Positions 27,133 to 38,098 of a stretch of 64,000 nucleotides of DNA are shown here, one piece after another. Under the pieces are notes generated by a model that was given only the letters and a program-made list of their open reading frames with translations, was not told where the DNA came from and did no database searches. The first letter of the stretch is position 1. The number at the start of each line of letters is the position of its first letter. Made by a program: the position numbers and the translations under genes. Location of the stretch: the IMG/VR virus record IMGVR_UViG_3300023174_000038, positions 284,702 through 348,701 of that record; one strand, given 5' to 3'.

Positions 27133-30100
27133 TTATGCGTATGTTCCACCAACAGTGTACCATTGGGTTGCGGTTGGTGCAATAAATTGTATAGTTGCTC
27201 CGGTTGTTTGAGTAAACCCTACATTAATTGCAAGCGTATTAATAGCTGTACTAGCTGCCGGATAAACTAATAAGCTATTAGCACTTGTATTAGTAATAGT
27301 TATAACCATGCCAGCAACTGCAGTTGGTAATTGTACACCTGATGCACTAGCTACGGTTGATACAATATTAATTTCTTTAGATAATATAGTTGCTGTACCT
27401 TGAGTAGAACCAGCTGAAGATATACCTGTACCTACTGAACGAATATGATAACCCGTTGCAATTATATTAGCGCCCTGAATATTTCCGCTAGATATCATTG
27501 ATGTTAGGGTGCCAACACTTGTAATATTAGGCTGTGCTGCCGTTGTTACAGTACCGGCCGTTGTAGCAGATGTAGCACTAGGTACTGTTCCTGTTACATT
27601 AGCACCAGTAATTGAAGTTAGTCCACTACCATTACCAGTAAACACACCAATCGTAGAAGTAATGTTTACAGCGGATATATTACCATTTACACCTAGTGCA
27701 GTTAGTGTTCCTACTGACGTAATATTAGGTTGTGCTCCGGTAGTTACTGTACCTGCAGTTGTTGCACTAGTAGCAACAGTCGCAGAGTTGGCTGTGCCAT
27801 ATAAAGTACCAATAAAATAATTAGCTGTTACTGCATTGCCCAAAGTAGCATTACCACTAGTGATATTACCAGATGCTGTAAATGTATTTGCAGATATTAC
27901 ATTAGCATTAGTAATATTACCACCGGATCCACTACTATTAACATTGGTTGCAGTAATATTTCCGGATGCAGTAATAAAGTTAGCACTAATTAAATTAGCA
28001 CCAGATATATTACCTGTAGTAATATTACCTGAGACGGTTAAACTAGTTAATGAGCCAACACTTGTAATATTAGGTTGTGCTGCCGTTGTTACTGTAGCAG
28101 CCGTAACTGCAGTTGTTGCTGTAGTAGCAGTGCCTGCTGTAGTGGAGTATGTAGCATTAGCTACAGTACCTGTTACATTAGCACCTGGTATAGAAGTTAA
28201 TCCAGTTGCCGCACCATAATGAGTACCTGTTACATTACCAGTTGTTGTAATATTACCAGATGCAGTTAATGATGTTAATGTACCGGTACTAGTTATGTTT
28301 GGTTGAGAAGAATTAGTTACAGTGCCAGCAGTTGTAGCAGCACCACTTAGTGCTCCTACAAATGTAGTTGCCGCTAACGATCCATTAGCAATATTAGCAA
28401 CATATACTCCATTGGCAACTTTTGCTAAATTACCACTGGTAGCATTAACAAATGTTGGATAATAAGTACCGGTAGTAACTAAAGTAATGTTGGCAAATTC
28501 ACTTACATTAGCACGGGCAACATACAAGTTAGGAACTAAGGTAGTTGAAGTAACTGTAATTGGAGCAGTACCTGTAGCAATGTTAGAAGTTAAAGTAGAA
28601 CCTTGAACAGCACCAGATGCATATAAAGCACCCACGTTAGCATTTGCTGTTACTGCTAACGAACCTAAAGTACCAACTGCTGTAATTTGAGTTTGTGAAG
28701 CATTTACACTAAATGTTGTACTTGTTAATGTTAAACCAGTACCTGCTGAATATGTTTGTGAACTGCTAAATTGACTAAATGTAATAGCAGTTGTACCAAA
28801 TATAATAGTGCCTGCTGTAGTAACTACCCATGAAGTACCCCTATTAACACTTCCATTATTAACAAAGAAATAATCGTTTTCACTTAAGTCAGTAGCTCCG
28901 GCAGGACCATACGTATCTGCATCTGTGGCACGTACAATAGTTGTAGCATTTGCCCAAGTATAAACACCATTCCAAGCTTGAGTTATTTCGTCTTTAACTA
29001 AGATACGTGTACCAACTGTTTGAACGTTTGCTGTATCAATTAAATTAAATGAACCAGTTGTAACTAAGTTAGCACCTACACCACTTGCACCATTATTATA
29101 AGTAATTGTACCGCCGGTCGTACTAGCTAATGTTGTTGTAGTGGCTGCTGAAACAGCAGGGTGATATGCTATTCCTGTAGAAACTAATGTGTCAACATAA
29201 TTCTTTGTTGCGGCATCTTGTGCATTAACTGGATCAGATACAGAAACAACATATTTGCTGTTCATATTTAAATTACCATTAATGGAACTTACACCAGTAC
29301 CATTAACGGTTAATGTTCCACCTGTTGATAAATTACCTGAATTAATTGTACCAGTAACTGTTAGTGAAGTTAATGTTCCAACACTTGTAATATTTGGTTG
29401 AGCATTAGTTGTTACTGTGGCTGCCGTAGTAGTTGAACCTGAGGTTACTGCATATGTTGCATTAGCTACAGTACCTGTTACATTAGCACCTGGTATAGAA
29501 GTTAATCCAGTTGCCGCACCATAATGAGTACCTATTATATTAGCACCAGTAACATTACCTGTAACAGTTAATGATGCTAGAGTACCTATACTTGTTATAT
29601 TGGGTTGAGCGGCAGTAGTTAATGTTCCTGTTAAAAAGTTAGCACTAACTGTATTGCCACCATTTACATTGGCTGCACTTATTGAGCCTGATACAATCAA
29701 TGATGTTAATGTACCTACAGCATTAATACCCGTTTGTGGCCCTGCAGTTAATGTGGCCGCTATATTGGGAACAGTTAGTGTACTAAGTGCTGAGTTATAA
29801 GTAAAATTAGAGTTACTACCATATGAACCAGCATTGTTAAATATGACTTGAGTATTAACACCCGGTACCGGAACTAATGCGGCATTAGTCCAAAGTAAAT
29901 TACCTGAGCCATCAGTTTGTAGGAAGTAGCCATTTGTTCCGCCAGTAATACGAACATTACTATTGGATCCTAAATTAACATTGGATGCATTAGCAAAATT
30001 AACAGTACCGTTACTTGTTAGTCCAGTTAATGTACCTAAACTTGTTATATTAGCCTGAGCGGCTGTAGTTACGTTACCACTAAAGTTACCACTATGATTA

Positions 30101-32418
30101 CCACTAATAATTCCAGTAGCATTTAATGTACCTGTAATATTTGCACCAGTTCCTGTTACAACTAAAATATTTGCATTGCCTGCAACAGATGTTAATACAT
30201 TACCATTAGCAGTAACAATTACGTTACTGTTACCATTAACAATTGCACTACCGGCTGCAATATTAATATTACTTAAACCCCCTCCATCACCAATAAAGTA
30301 ATTACCCTTAATAGTGCCTGAGTTAGCATATACATTACCTGCTGTTACGTTAGCAGTTACTGCCAATGAACTTAATGTACCAACTGAAGTTATGTTTGGT
30401 TGTGTATTAGTTGTTACAGTGCCGGCTGTTGTAGCAGTACCGGCTGTAGCTACACTTAAATTAGCTACTTGAGTTGTGCTTGTTACTGTGAACGGGGCAG
30501 TACCTGTTGCAATGTTAGATGTAAATGAGTTTGCAGTCACAGTTCCATTTACTGCTAAACTAGTTAATGTACCAGTACTAGTTATGTTTGGTTGAGCATT
30601 AGTTGTAACAGTTCCGGCAGTTGTGGCAGAATTTGCAGTGCCTGCAGTTGCAACATTTAAGTTTGCAACTTGAGTAGTAGAGTTTACAACAAAAGGTGCT
30701 GTACCTGTAGCCAATGTTGTTATATATTGACCTGTAATATTAGATGTAGTACCTGTATGATTTGTAGCACTAATATTACCTGTATTAACATTACCTGTTA
30801 CAGTTAATGATGTTAATGTACCAACACTTGTAATATTTGGTTGAGCATTTGTTGTTACTGTGGCTGCAGTATTTGCACTACCAGAAGATACTGCATATGT
30901 TGCATTAGCTACTGTGCCGGATACATTAGCCCCGGCTACACTGTTAGCTGTTGTAGCAAATGCCACTGCACCCGATACATTAGAACCAGATACACTATTA
31001 GCTGTTGTTGCATATGTTACTGCACCTAATACATTAGCACCTTGAATATTACTTAGATTATTACCAGATCCTATAAAGAAATTAGCAATTGCTGCATTAC
31101 CTAAATTAGCATTAGCTGATGTTAAATTACCTGTAATTGAAACAAGATTTGTTAACTTATTAAAAGTAAATCCTGCTGTAGCGTTTGCATTACCAGCATC
31201 ATTAAACAACACTTGTGTGTTAGACCCATTAACTGTAATATTACCAGAAATATTACCTTGAAAATTACCTACAAAGGTAGTTGCTATAAATGCACCGTTA
31301 GCTAAATTAGCACTAAATAAGGTATTTGACGCAATAGTATAATTACCATTTGCAGTTGAAGATATAAAGGCAGGGTAATATGTTCCAGTTGTTTGTACAT
31401 TGTTTAATACTGCACTTGAATTGGTTGCACTAGGAACAGTGCCGGATACATTAGAACCGGCTACTGCATTTGCTGTTGTTGCATATGTTGCTAAACCTGC
31501 GGTTGCTACATTTAAATTAGCAACTTGCGTAGTAGAAGTAACAGTTAATGGAGCAGTACCTGTTGCAACAGTTGATATAAATCTGTTGCCAGTAACATTT
31601 TGAGTGGCAGTTAAATATCCGGCAATATTAACACCGGTACCGGTTGCAACAATAATATTTGCATTACCAGTAACACTGGTTGTTACATTACCATTAAGAC
31701 CTACTACAATATTACTATTTCCATTAATAAGATTACTACCCGAGGCAAAACCTAAATTGGTCAATAAACTACCATCACCAATAAAGTAATTAGCAGTAGC
31801 CGAATTGCCTAAATTACTATTACCAGCACCAGTTACTGATAAATTACTTAGTGTACCAATAGTAGTAATATTTGGTTGTGAAGATGCGGCTGTTGTTAAT
31901 GTACCAATTAGTGATGTAGCTACTACTATTCCTGAATTAGCATATATATTCCCTGCGGTTATATTAGCAGTTACTGCTAAACTACCTAATGTACCAACAG
32001 TTGTAATGTTTGATTGTGCTGATGCGGCAGCAGTTAATGTGCCCGTAAGATTGGCTAATCCACCTCCCACTGCCGCAAAATTATTTGAAAATACATTAGC
32101 TGGATTAATATCTACCACTAATGTTTGAGCAGAACCGGTAATAGTTGCTGACGTTCCACCATTACCACCTTGTCCAATACTTAATGAGCTTGTAGAAACC
32201 TGAACACATGCAATATTTGCAGTAACAATAACATTTCCAGTAGGGCTATTAACCTGTATACCAGCCCCAGGAGATCTATTAATTGATATTACTTGTCCAG
32301 CAACAGTAGTACTGAATAACTCATCAAAATTATTCTGTACTTTTTGAAATGCTGTTCTTATTGCATCTGCATCCGGATCATCCGGAAATGTACCAAAGTC
32401 TATGTTTTGTTGCGCCAT
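27133..32418 (-). CDS. Long tail fibre-like protein (1761 aa)
   Basis: T/A/N/G/S-rich; about 14 copies of xxQPNITSVGTLTSL; N-terminal DADAIRTAFQKVQNNF anchor. Confidence 0.8.
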   Translation of the reverse strand: MAQQNIDFGTFPDDPDADAIRTAFQKVQNNFDELFSTTVAGQVISINRSPGAGIQVNSPTGNVIVTANIACVQVSTSSLSIGQGGNGGTSATITGSAQTLVVDINPANVFSNNFAAVGGGLANLTGTLTAAASAQSNITTVGTLGSLAVTANITAGNIYANSGIVVATSLIGTLTTAASSQPNITTIGTLSNLSVTGAGNSNLGNSATANYFIGDGSLLTNLGFASGSNLINGNSNIVVGLNGNVTTSVTGNANIIVATGTGVNIAGYLTATQNVTGNRFISTVATGTAPLTVTSTTQVANLNVATAGLATYATTANAVAGSNVSGTVPSATNSSAVLNNVQTTGTYYPAFISSTANGNYTIASNTLFSANLANGAFIATTFVGNFQGNISGNITVNGSNTQVLFNDAGNANATAGFTFNKLTNLVSITGNLTSANANLGNAAIANFFIGSGNNLSNIQGANVLGAVTYATTANSVSGSNVSGAVAFATTANSVAGANVSGTVANATYAVSSGSANTAATVTTNAQPNITSVGTLTSLTVTGNVNTGNISATNHTGTTSNITGQYITTLATGTAPFVVNSTTQVANLNVATAGTANSATTAGTVTTNAQPNITSTGTLTSLAVNGTVTANSFTSNIATGTAPFTVTSTTQVANLSVATAGTATTAGTVTTNTQPNITSVGTLSSLAVTANVTAGNVYANSGTIKGNYFIGDGGGLSNINIAAGSAIVNGNSNVIVTANGNVLTSVAGNANILVVTGTGANITGTLNATGIISGNHSGNFSGNVTTAAQANITSLGTLTGLTSNGTVNFANASNVNLGSNSNVRITGGTNGYFLQTDGSGNLLWTNAALVPVPGVNTQVIFNNAGSYGSNSNFTYNSALSTLTVPNIAATLTAGPQTGINAVGTLTSLIVSGSISAANVNGGNTVSANFLTGTLTTAAQPNITSIGTLASLTVTGNVTGANIIGTHYGAATGLTSIPGANVTGTVANATYAVTSGSTTTAATVTTNAQPNITSVGTLTSLTVTGTINSGNLSTGGTLTVNGTGVSSINGNLNMNSKYVVSVSDPVNAQDAATKNYVDTLVSTGIAYHPAVSAATTTTLASTTGGTITYNNGASGVGANLVTTGSFNLIDTANVQTVGTRILVKDEITQAWNGVYTWANATTIVRATDADTYGPAGATDLSENDYFFVNNGSVNRGTSWVVTTAGTIIFGTTAITFSQFSSSQTYSAGTGLTLTSTTFSVNASQTQITAVGTLGSLAVTANANVGALYASGAVQGSTLTSNIATGTAPITVTSTTLVPNLYVARANVSEFANITLVTTGTYYPTFVNATSGNLAKVANGVYVANIANGSLAATTFVGALSGAATTAGTVTNSSQPNITSTGTLTSLTASGNITTTGNVTGTHYGAATGLTSIPGANVTGTVANATYSTTAGTATTATTAVTAATVTTAAQPNITSVGSLTSLTVSGNITTGNISGANLISANFITASGNITATNVNSSGSGGNITNANVISANTFTASGNITSGNATLGNAVTANYFIGTLYGTANSATVATSATTAGTVTTGAQPNITSVGTLTALGVNGNISAVNITSTIGVFTGNGSGLTSITGANVTGTVPSATSATTAGTVTTAAQPNITSVGTLTSMISSGNIQGANIIATGYHIRSVGTGISSAGSTQGTATILSKEINIVSTVASASGVQLPTAVAGMVITITNTSANSLLVYPAASTAINTLAINVGFTQTTGATIQFIAPTATQWYTVGGTYA
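28154..29533. repeat. 75-bp exact direct repeat within fibre gene (28154..28228 and 29459..29533)
   Basis: GCATTAGCTACAGTACC...CATAATGAGTACCT read at both positions. Confidence 0.85.
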
Positions 32419-32470
32419 ATCTATATCACCTTATTTAGTATTTATCGTTTTCCTATAAACACTATAGCCG

Positions 32471-32501
32471 AAAAAATACCCGACTAAAGCCGGGTACTTT
32501 T
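32471..32501 (-). terminator. Intrinsic terminator
   Basis: On minus strand TACCCG-GCTTTAGT-CGGGTA then T-run, after the 746-aa gene. Confidence 0.75.
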
Positions 32502-32513
32502 GACTAGTATTAA

Positions 32514-34754
32514 TTACTTAATACCACTTAATTTACGCCAATCTGTTAACAAATCAGTAGATTCTCTCATTGGATTGCCTAAACGATTTACTTGTGTAGA
32601 GACAACTGGAATTGTTGTTTGACCAGTAGATTTTTGCTTGTTTAAACCACCAGAAATAACTTTAGTCATAAAGTCAATATCAGACTCAAATGTATCATCT
32701 GCACCATTGGCTAACGATTCTTCTAATTCTTCATCGCTTTCATTTTGTGCGGCATCTACTGTAGCTAGTGCTTGGTCTTCTGAAGCTTCTGCATTTTCAT
32801 CGGCAGTAGTTTCAGCTTGTCCATCATCTTGCGCCGCATCTTCTGCTACTTCATACTCACGTTGATCCATTGTCTCATTCTCATCAACAGCTTCTTCGCT
32901 ATCACAATCACAAGGTGATGCGCCACATGTTCCGCATGCTTCTTCATGACCGTGATCTTCATGTCCACCTTCTTCTTCATAATCGCCGGATGCTTGTGCA
33001 GGGCCTTGACCAGTCATTTTACGGATTAATGATAACATGTCATCATGGTCATCAACTACTTCAATCTCAGCTTGAGGACCTTCACCACCATCAACTGTCA
33101 TCGGAGCTGTTGCTTGAGCATGTCCAGCATCATCACCACCAAACAAGCCTAAACCTGATTGTTTAATGATACTTAATAATTGGTCAGCTTCACCGTCTTG
33201 TGCAGAAACACTTACTGAATCAGGAGTACCTTGTTGACCTTTACTGATAGAAACTGTCATTCCCTCAGTAACATCTTTACCTTCTAAGATAGCATTCAAC
33301 TCTTTATCCCATGCTTCAAAAGCAAATGGGCTTTCTACTACTTCTTTATCTTTAAAAGTTTGACCAAATGCTTTGAATGTATCGCCCGGAGTCTTAATTG
33401 CTTGTTGCTTCATGTAACTAGTTTTATCCATCTCGTACATGTCATCTTCCATAGTAGGCGTATGAGCACCGTAACTAGCCATATCAGCTACTTCATTATT
33501 TGCTTCACCAACATAACCTTGAATTGGCATTTGACCATAGCACTCATCCAGACCTTCTTTGAAGCCTTCATGGTAATGTCTTGCTTCTTCCATATCATCA
33601 TAACGGCAGTTATAACTTTCTTTAGCCAAAGCATGTGCCTTACCTATATGGCGAGCTGCTTTTAGTTTATGTTCCATACCTTCTTTTACTTTCTTTTTGT
33701 CTGTTGCGGCTTTTTTCATTGGTTCTTTCTTGTTGCCGTCTTTGTCTAGGTCTAAAAAGTCTGGCTTAGCCGCTTCTTTAACTGTTTTTTTCTTCTCATC
33801 ATACTCAATGTCTTTGGTAACTTTTTTGCCAGCTTTTTCAGCTTTATTGTCATCTTTACCTTTATGTTTCATATCGTATTCTAAGTCTTTAGTAACTTTC
33901 TTACCTGCTTTTTCAGCTTTGTCATCAGCTTTAGCACGTGCTTCACTGATTGGACTCATCAAACTATCGTTTGGTGGTTGATCGGCTTCACGAATTTTCT
34001 TCAATTGTGCACCGGCAATACGTTTTGCTGCCTCTACACCATACTTAGGTGTTAACTTCTTAACTAATGCATCAAAGCCAGTAGTAGCATTGTTGTGTTT
34101 ACCGATATCTTCTTCGTGCATCTGATCAGGCATTAGTGTCATTTCACCTTTGCCAATAGATTGTTTAATCTGTTGTGCTAGTTGTGGATTGTCAACTGTA
34201 CCTAATGTTTTATTGCCTTGAGCAATAACTTGTGTTTGTTTTTGTGGCTGACCGGCAACTTGTTGCTGTCCTGGAGGTGTCATTTGACCAGGTTGTTTAG
34301 GCATTTGACTTGCTGGTTTGATTTGAATCTGTTCAGCTTCGTTTAATGCTTTGTCTAATGAATCAAAATATTCTTTTAGACCTTTCTTCTTTGTTTTAGG
34401 TTCTTCACCAGGATCAGTACCATCATCTACTTTATTAGAAGCATGGCTTTGTGATTTACCTTTAACTACTGTAGTTTTCTTTTTATCATGTTTAGGTAAC
34501 TTAACATCTTTGCCAGACTTAACACCAAACGCACTGAAGTCATACTTTTTAGTTTCACCAGAATCATCAGCATCTTTCTTAGGACGACCTTTACCTTTTT
34601 TGACAGCAGTGGCTTTAACTTTATTGCCTTCGTCATCTTCATCATCTTTACGACCGTAACCACCTGGCTCAGCAGTATGCTTTAATCCAGTTTTAGTTTT
34701 TTCTTTTGCTTCGTTCAACTGGTCTAGTTGTGATAATAAACTTTTAAAATCCAT
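32514..34754 (-). CDS. 746-aa charged modular protein, putative prohead core/head cargo
   Basis: QLNE, GLKE, ALNE, PISE, TVKE, KVKE, AILE, ELEE junctions; alternating Lys-rich and acidic blocks; DLDKDG EF-hand-like loop. Confidence 0.65.
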   Translation of the reverse strand: MDFKSLLSQLDQLNEAKEKTKTGLKHTAEPGGYGRKDDEDDEGNKVKATAVKKGKGRPKKDADDSGETKKYDFSAFGVKSGKDVKLPKHDKKKTTVVKGKSQSHASNKVDDGTDPGEEPKTKKKGLKEYFDSLDKALNEAEQIQIKPASQMPKQPGQMTPPGQQQVAGQPQKQTQVIAQGNKTLGTVDNPQLAQQIKQSIGKGEMTLMPDQMHEEDIGKHNNATTGFDALVKKLTPKYGVEAAKRIAGAQLKKIREADQPPNDSLMSPISEARAKADDKAEKAGKKVTKDLEYDMKHKGKDDNKAEKAGKKVTKDIEYDEKKKTVKEAAKPDFLDLDKDGNKKEPMKKAATDKKKVKEGMEHKLKAARHIGKAHALAKESYNCRYDDMEEARHYHEGFKEGLDECYGQMPIQGYVGEANNEVADMASYGAHTPTMEDDMYEMDKTSYMKQQAIKTPGDTFKAFGQTFKDKEVVESPFAFEAWDKELNAILEGKDVTEGMTVSISKGQQGTPDSVSVSAQDGEADQLLSIIKQSGLGLFGGDDAGHAQATAPMTVDGGEGPQAEIEVVDDHDDMLSLIRKMTGQGPAQASGDYEEEGGHEDHGHEEACGTCGASPCDCDSEEAVDENETMDQREYEVAEDAAQDDGQAETTADENAEASEDQALATVDAAQNESDEELEESLANGADDTFESDIDFMTKVISGGLNKQKSTGQTTIPVVSTQVNRLGNPMRESTDLLTDWRKLSGIK

Positions 34755-34766
34755 TTTATATTCCTT

Positions 34767-35396
34767 TTATTTTGATACGCTAGCGCCAGTTGCTGGCTTT
34801 GGTGGGCGTTTAATTGTACTCATTGGACTCTTATCGCCCATTTTTTCGTCATCCAAATATGGCTTGAACGGATCAAACGCATTAGGAGTCTTTTGTCCTG
34901 CATAAGGGATATCAATAGTTGAACCCTTCATTTGGTCTTTGATGCTTGATAGATAACTATCACCATATGCTTTATTTGCTTCTTTAGCACCAGGTTGCTC
35001 ACCCATTTCTTCATGTGTAAGTAGTGGGCTATCTTTCATTTCATTAGCGTAGCCTTCAGCTTCACTATTAATGCTATCATCATATTGACTGCTGATAACA
35101 CGAACCATGTTAACATTGTAACCTAGTAACTGTGCAATTTGCTGAATCATTGGTTCAGTAGCTGGGTATCTAAAGTCTGCTTTAATAATAGTTACAGATT
35201 GATTATTCAAATTAGGAAATCCGTATGGATCTTTCTGTATAGGTGTTTTAGTTGGCTCGCTGATTCTGATCGGGTCAAACTTGTTTAGATTGTATTTAAA
35301 CATATCTATAAAGTTTTTATCCACATCACCAGCAATCTTTATAGTATAGTTGTAACTTTTAAGACTTTCGGTTATGTATTGTTTTAGACTACGCAT
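34767..35396 (-). CDS. Putative head-associated protein with CTS-like start
   Basis: MRSLKQYITE. Confidence 0.55.
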   Translation of the reverse strand: MRSLKQYITESLKSYNYTIKIAGDVDKNFIDMFKYNLNKFDPIRISEPTKTPIQKDPYGFPNLNNQSVTIIKADFRYPATEPMIQQIAQLLGYNVNMVRVISSQYDDSINSEAEGYANEMKDSPLLTHEEMGEQPGAKEANKAYGDSYLSSIKDQMKGSTIDIPYAGQKTPNAFDPFKPYLDDEKMGDKSPMSTIKRPPKPATGASVSK

Positions 35397-35466
35397 AGGT
35401 ATCCTTTTTCTTATATATATTTATCTATTTATGATTTTTATTTGCATTTCGTAAAATGCTTGAGAG

Positions 35467-36420
35467 TTATTGACTGCCTGAAGTTGCCGCTAAATATCTT
35501 CCGGCAGCTGCTAATGGACCCCTAGCTGTAGCGGTAGCAGTATCAGTTGCATATGTAATACGGTTTACTGTAGATAATGCACCACCTAAATATCCTCCTC
35601 CGTTCCATCCATAATTAGCATCGGTCATTGCCGCTCCGGATTGTATTACTGTAATTGGTAATGGACCGCGTACACTAGCAGTAACAAGATCATTTGCATA
35701 TGTAATGCGTTGTATTGTACTAGATGGATTATTTGTAGCATCATATCCGCCTATTATCCAACCGTTAGTTGTATTACCGGTTCCCGATGTAAAGTATGTT
35801 CCGGTGTTTAATGGACCACGTGCTGATGCAGTATTTGTATCAGTTGCGTATGTAATTCGATCTATTACAGTGGTCATTGGAAAACCTTGATAACCTCCTC
35901 CAAACCATCCATAAGTAGTACCATCTGATGATGCGGCTAACCCCCTTCTTGTTAAACTTAATGGTCCACGTACACTTGCAGTTGCTGTATCTGTTGCAAA
36001 TGTAATTCTATCTACAGTTGATACCGCTGGGTAGGCCTGACCACCAGCAAACCAACCGGCTGTTGTAGTACCAGTCGCCCCATATTGACTTCTAGCTAAA
36101 CTTAGCGGCCCGCGAATGCTTGCAGTAGCCGTGTCAGTTGCATATGTGATACGTTGTACCGTTGTTGAACTGGTTGTAGAGCCAAACCATCCGTCAGTAA
36201 AATTACCAGTGCCGGCTGCTGACAATGTGTTTTGACTTAGTACTCCTCGTAAACTTGCAGTAGCAGTATCAGTTGCAAAAGTTATACGTTGAATAGAACT
36301 CATAGCACTAGAACCAAAACCGCCTGCTGCCCAGCCTGCAGTGTTTGTTGACGGCGGTGCCAATGTAGCTGTAAACCCACCACCGGTAAATGTAAATGCT
36401 CCACTAAATGTTACTGACAT
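35467..36420 (-). CDS. Six-repeat Kelch/beta-propeller-like protein
   Basis: Six units GW..GG-loop-(D/Q)RIT(F/Y)ATDTATAS.RGPL. Confidence 0.8.
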   Translation of the reverse strand: MSVTFSGAFTFTGGGFTATLAPPSTNTAGWAAGGFGSSAMSSIQRITFATDTATASLRGVLSQNTLSAAGTGNFTDGWFGSTTSSTTVQRITYATDTATASIRGPLSLARSQYGATGTTTAGWFAGGQAYPAVSTVDRITFATDTATASVRGPLSLTRRGLAASSDGTTYGWFGGGYQGFPMTTVIDRITYATDTNTASARGPLNTGTYFTSGTGNTTNGWIIGGYDATNNPSSTIQRITYANDLVTASVRGPLPITVIQSGAAMTDANYGWNGGGYLGGALSTVNRITYATDTATATARGPLAAAGRYLAATSGSQ

Positions 36421-36438
36421 ATTTTTATTCCCATATCA

Positions 36439-36924
36439 TTATTTATCTGACGGTTCTTTACTGGCCAACATCTTAAGCAACTCGTTGCGGTCTAAAGCTT
36501 TACCCTCACCAACTGGCGTGTTCTCTATCTCTTCGGCTTTTCCAGCCAACTTCTGGTCTAACTGTGCTTTCTTAAGCTGTAAATCAATCATCTTTAACTT
36601 CTTATTCAATTTAGCAGTCTTTGCTGTAATAGCATGACCTAACATGTTACTAGCAACACTAAAAATCTCACTACTAAATCTACTATCAACTTGCATACCC
36701 AAATCACTTAAATCTTTAAAACTATCTACAGCCATCTGCGCTAATTCATCTAACTCATTATCACTAGCATCTAATCCACGTACTTGTGGCAATGCATTAT
36801 CAATCTTCTCTAACGCACTTAATGCATCAGTGGTTATATCACGTGCATTTTCTGGTATAGGAATATGCAAGCTGTCAATCTCATCTTGCGGTAGCTCAAA
36901 TAATTCGTTTAATTTTTTCGTCAT
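36439..36924 (-). CDS. Hypothetical helical protein, possibly terminase small subunit-like
   Basis: 161 aa helical/coiled-coil; position near head-completion gene; weak resemblance only. Confidence 0.45.
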   Translation of the reverse strand: MTKKLNELFELPQDEIDSLHIPIPENARDITTDALSALEKIDNALPQVRGLDASDNELDELAQMAVDSFKDLSDLGMQVDSRFSSEIFSVASNMLGHAITAKTAKLNKKLKMIDLQLKKAQLDQKLAGKAEEIENTPVGEGKALDRNELLKMLASKEPSDK

Positions 36925-37586
36925 ATGTTATTTATTCGGTCTCTGTTATCCAAAATGTATTTTACCCTATCCCATGAGATTTGAAGTTTAATAGATATCT
37001 GTCTAATATTTGTACCACTATCAGCTAATTCAAACACTTGAGGGAATAAGTGTTTGTTCTTGTCAATATATGTTGTAACCATCTGTTCTCTTTTTTCATC
37101 AGACCAGGTAGATCCTTTTCTATTTTCTGCAGCCTTCAAGCAATTATTAAGTCTATTTTCTAGTGCCTTTTCAGACCAAACTTTGTATTCTGTTTGGTAT
37201 ATTTTAATTTTTTCTTTAGTGGACTCTTTACGTTTTATACCAGTACGTTGCTCGGTAAATAATTTTTTAGTATGTTCATAATGTTTAAATCCAGATACTC
37301 CTTCTCCACCATCGGTTCTATTTTGTAGTATACCGGTATTATTATTCTTTCTACCATACCATTTAATCATCCTTCGTTCTATTGCAAATGCACCTATTTC
37401 TGTTAAACCGGATTCTAATATAATAATCCTAGACGTGTCTTTTGGAGTTTTAAATCGTTCAGTATTTGCGTGACCCCACGCTCTATATCCGTGTCCTTTA
37501 CCGATGTAATACGGTGTGTTATCTTTCCGTAGATAGGCATATACATAAAACCCCGCAGGATATAATTTTTTATAATAAATAGTCAT
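36921..37586 (-). CDS. Free-standing GIY-YIG homing endonuclease (HEG3)
   Basis: [21 protein letters not shown]....I...[11 protein letters not shown]. Confidence 0.85.
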   Translation of the reverse strand: MTIYYKKLYPAGFYVYAYLRKDNTPYYIGKGHGYRAWGHANTERFKTPKDTSRIIILESGLTEIGAFAIERRMIKWYGRKNNNTGILQNRTDGGEGVSGFKHYEHTKKLFTEQRTGIKRKESTKEKIKIYQTEYKVWSEKALENRLNNCLKAAENRKGSTWSDEKREQMVTTYIDKNKHLFPQVFELADSGTNIRQISIKLQISWDRVKYILDNRDRINNI

Positions 37587-37652
37587 GCTGACATTCCCTT
37601 ACAATGTTAGAGTAGTTGGGGTTCCGACGCCCGCGAACTACACTTTTATTTA
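37584..37652 (-). promoter_or_regulatory. Late promoter plus conserved structured HEG leader (copy 2)
   Basis: TAAATA-AAAGT-GTAGTT-CGC-GGG/CCC-C-AACTAC-TCTA-ACATT..AAGGG-AATGT-CAGC-ATG. Confidence 0.8.
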
Positions 37653-38096
37653 TCTTTTGTTCTTTGGATTACCATTGTGGAAGATATCATCTTCCGTCAA
37701 CACTCTAAAGGTATATCCATGATGCTTACAATAGGCCATTGCAGCTTGCCATTTAGCATGGTTGATTGCTACTACCATTCTATCTTTAGCATTAGCAACT
37801 TTACTTTCTATAAGACTTTGTTTCTTGGGTTTAATCTCAACTATCTCAGCAATATTTTTACCATACTTGTTTTGATAAACTACAAAGAAGTCTGGGATAT
37901 ATGTTTTTGGTTGTCCAGTAAACGGATTACGATAAGGTACACTTATTGCTTCACTAGCCCAATACAATACGTTTTTGTTAGTATCACAAAAATTCATAAA
38001 TGTTAGTTCCCATCCACTACGATATCTAGGGGTATGTTTACCTACATATTTTTGACTATTCTTTGGGGTAAATAAACCTTGAGCAAACTTTGCCAT
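37650..38096 (-). CDS. Head completion nuclease (T4 gp4-like, TnsA-type PD-(D/E)xK)
   Basis: F.PKN..KYVG...YRSGWE..FM.FCD....WASE; YIPDF; EIKP. Confidence 0.85.
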   Translation of the reverse strand: MAKFAQGLFTPKNSQKYVGKHTPRYRSGWELTFMNFCDTNKNVLYWASEAISVPYRNPFTGQPKTYIPDFFVVYQNKYGKNIAEIVEIKPKKQSLIESKVANAKDRMVVAINHAKWQAAMAYCKHHGYTFRVLTEDDIFHNGNPKNKR

Positions 38097-38098
38097 GA

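Noticed and set aside
27509-32128. Many plus-strand ORFs opposite fibre, sheath and other long genes (also 12955..13401, 34351..34659, 45979..46398, 56305..56556)
   Set aside because: Antisense shadows of biased codon usage; no SD or promoter and no recognisable motifs
36921-37650. C-terminal duplication of the neighbouring gene for HEG3 (and HEG2)
   Set aside because: No convincing protein similarity; only the 6-nt TAAATA flanks HEG3 on both sides, too short to call a target-site duplication
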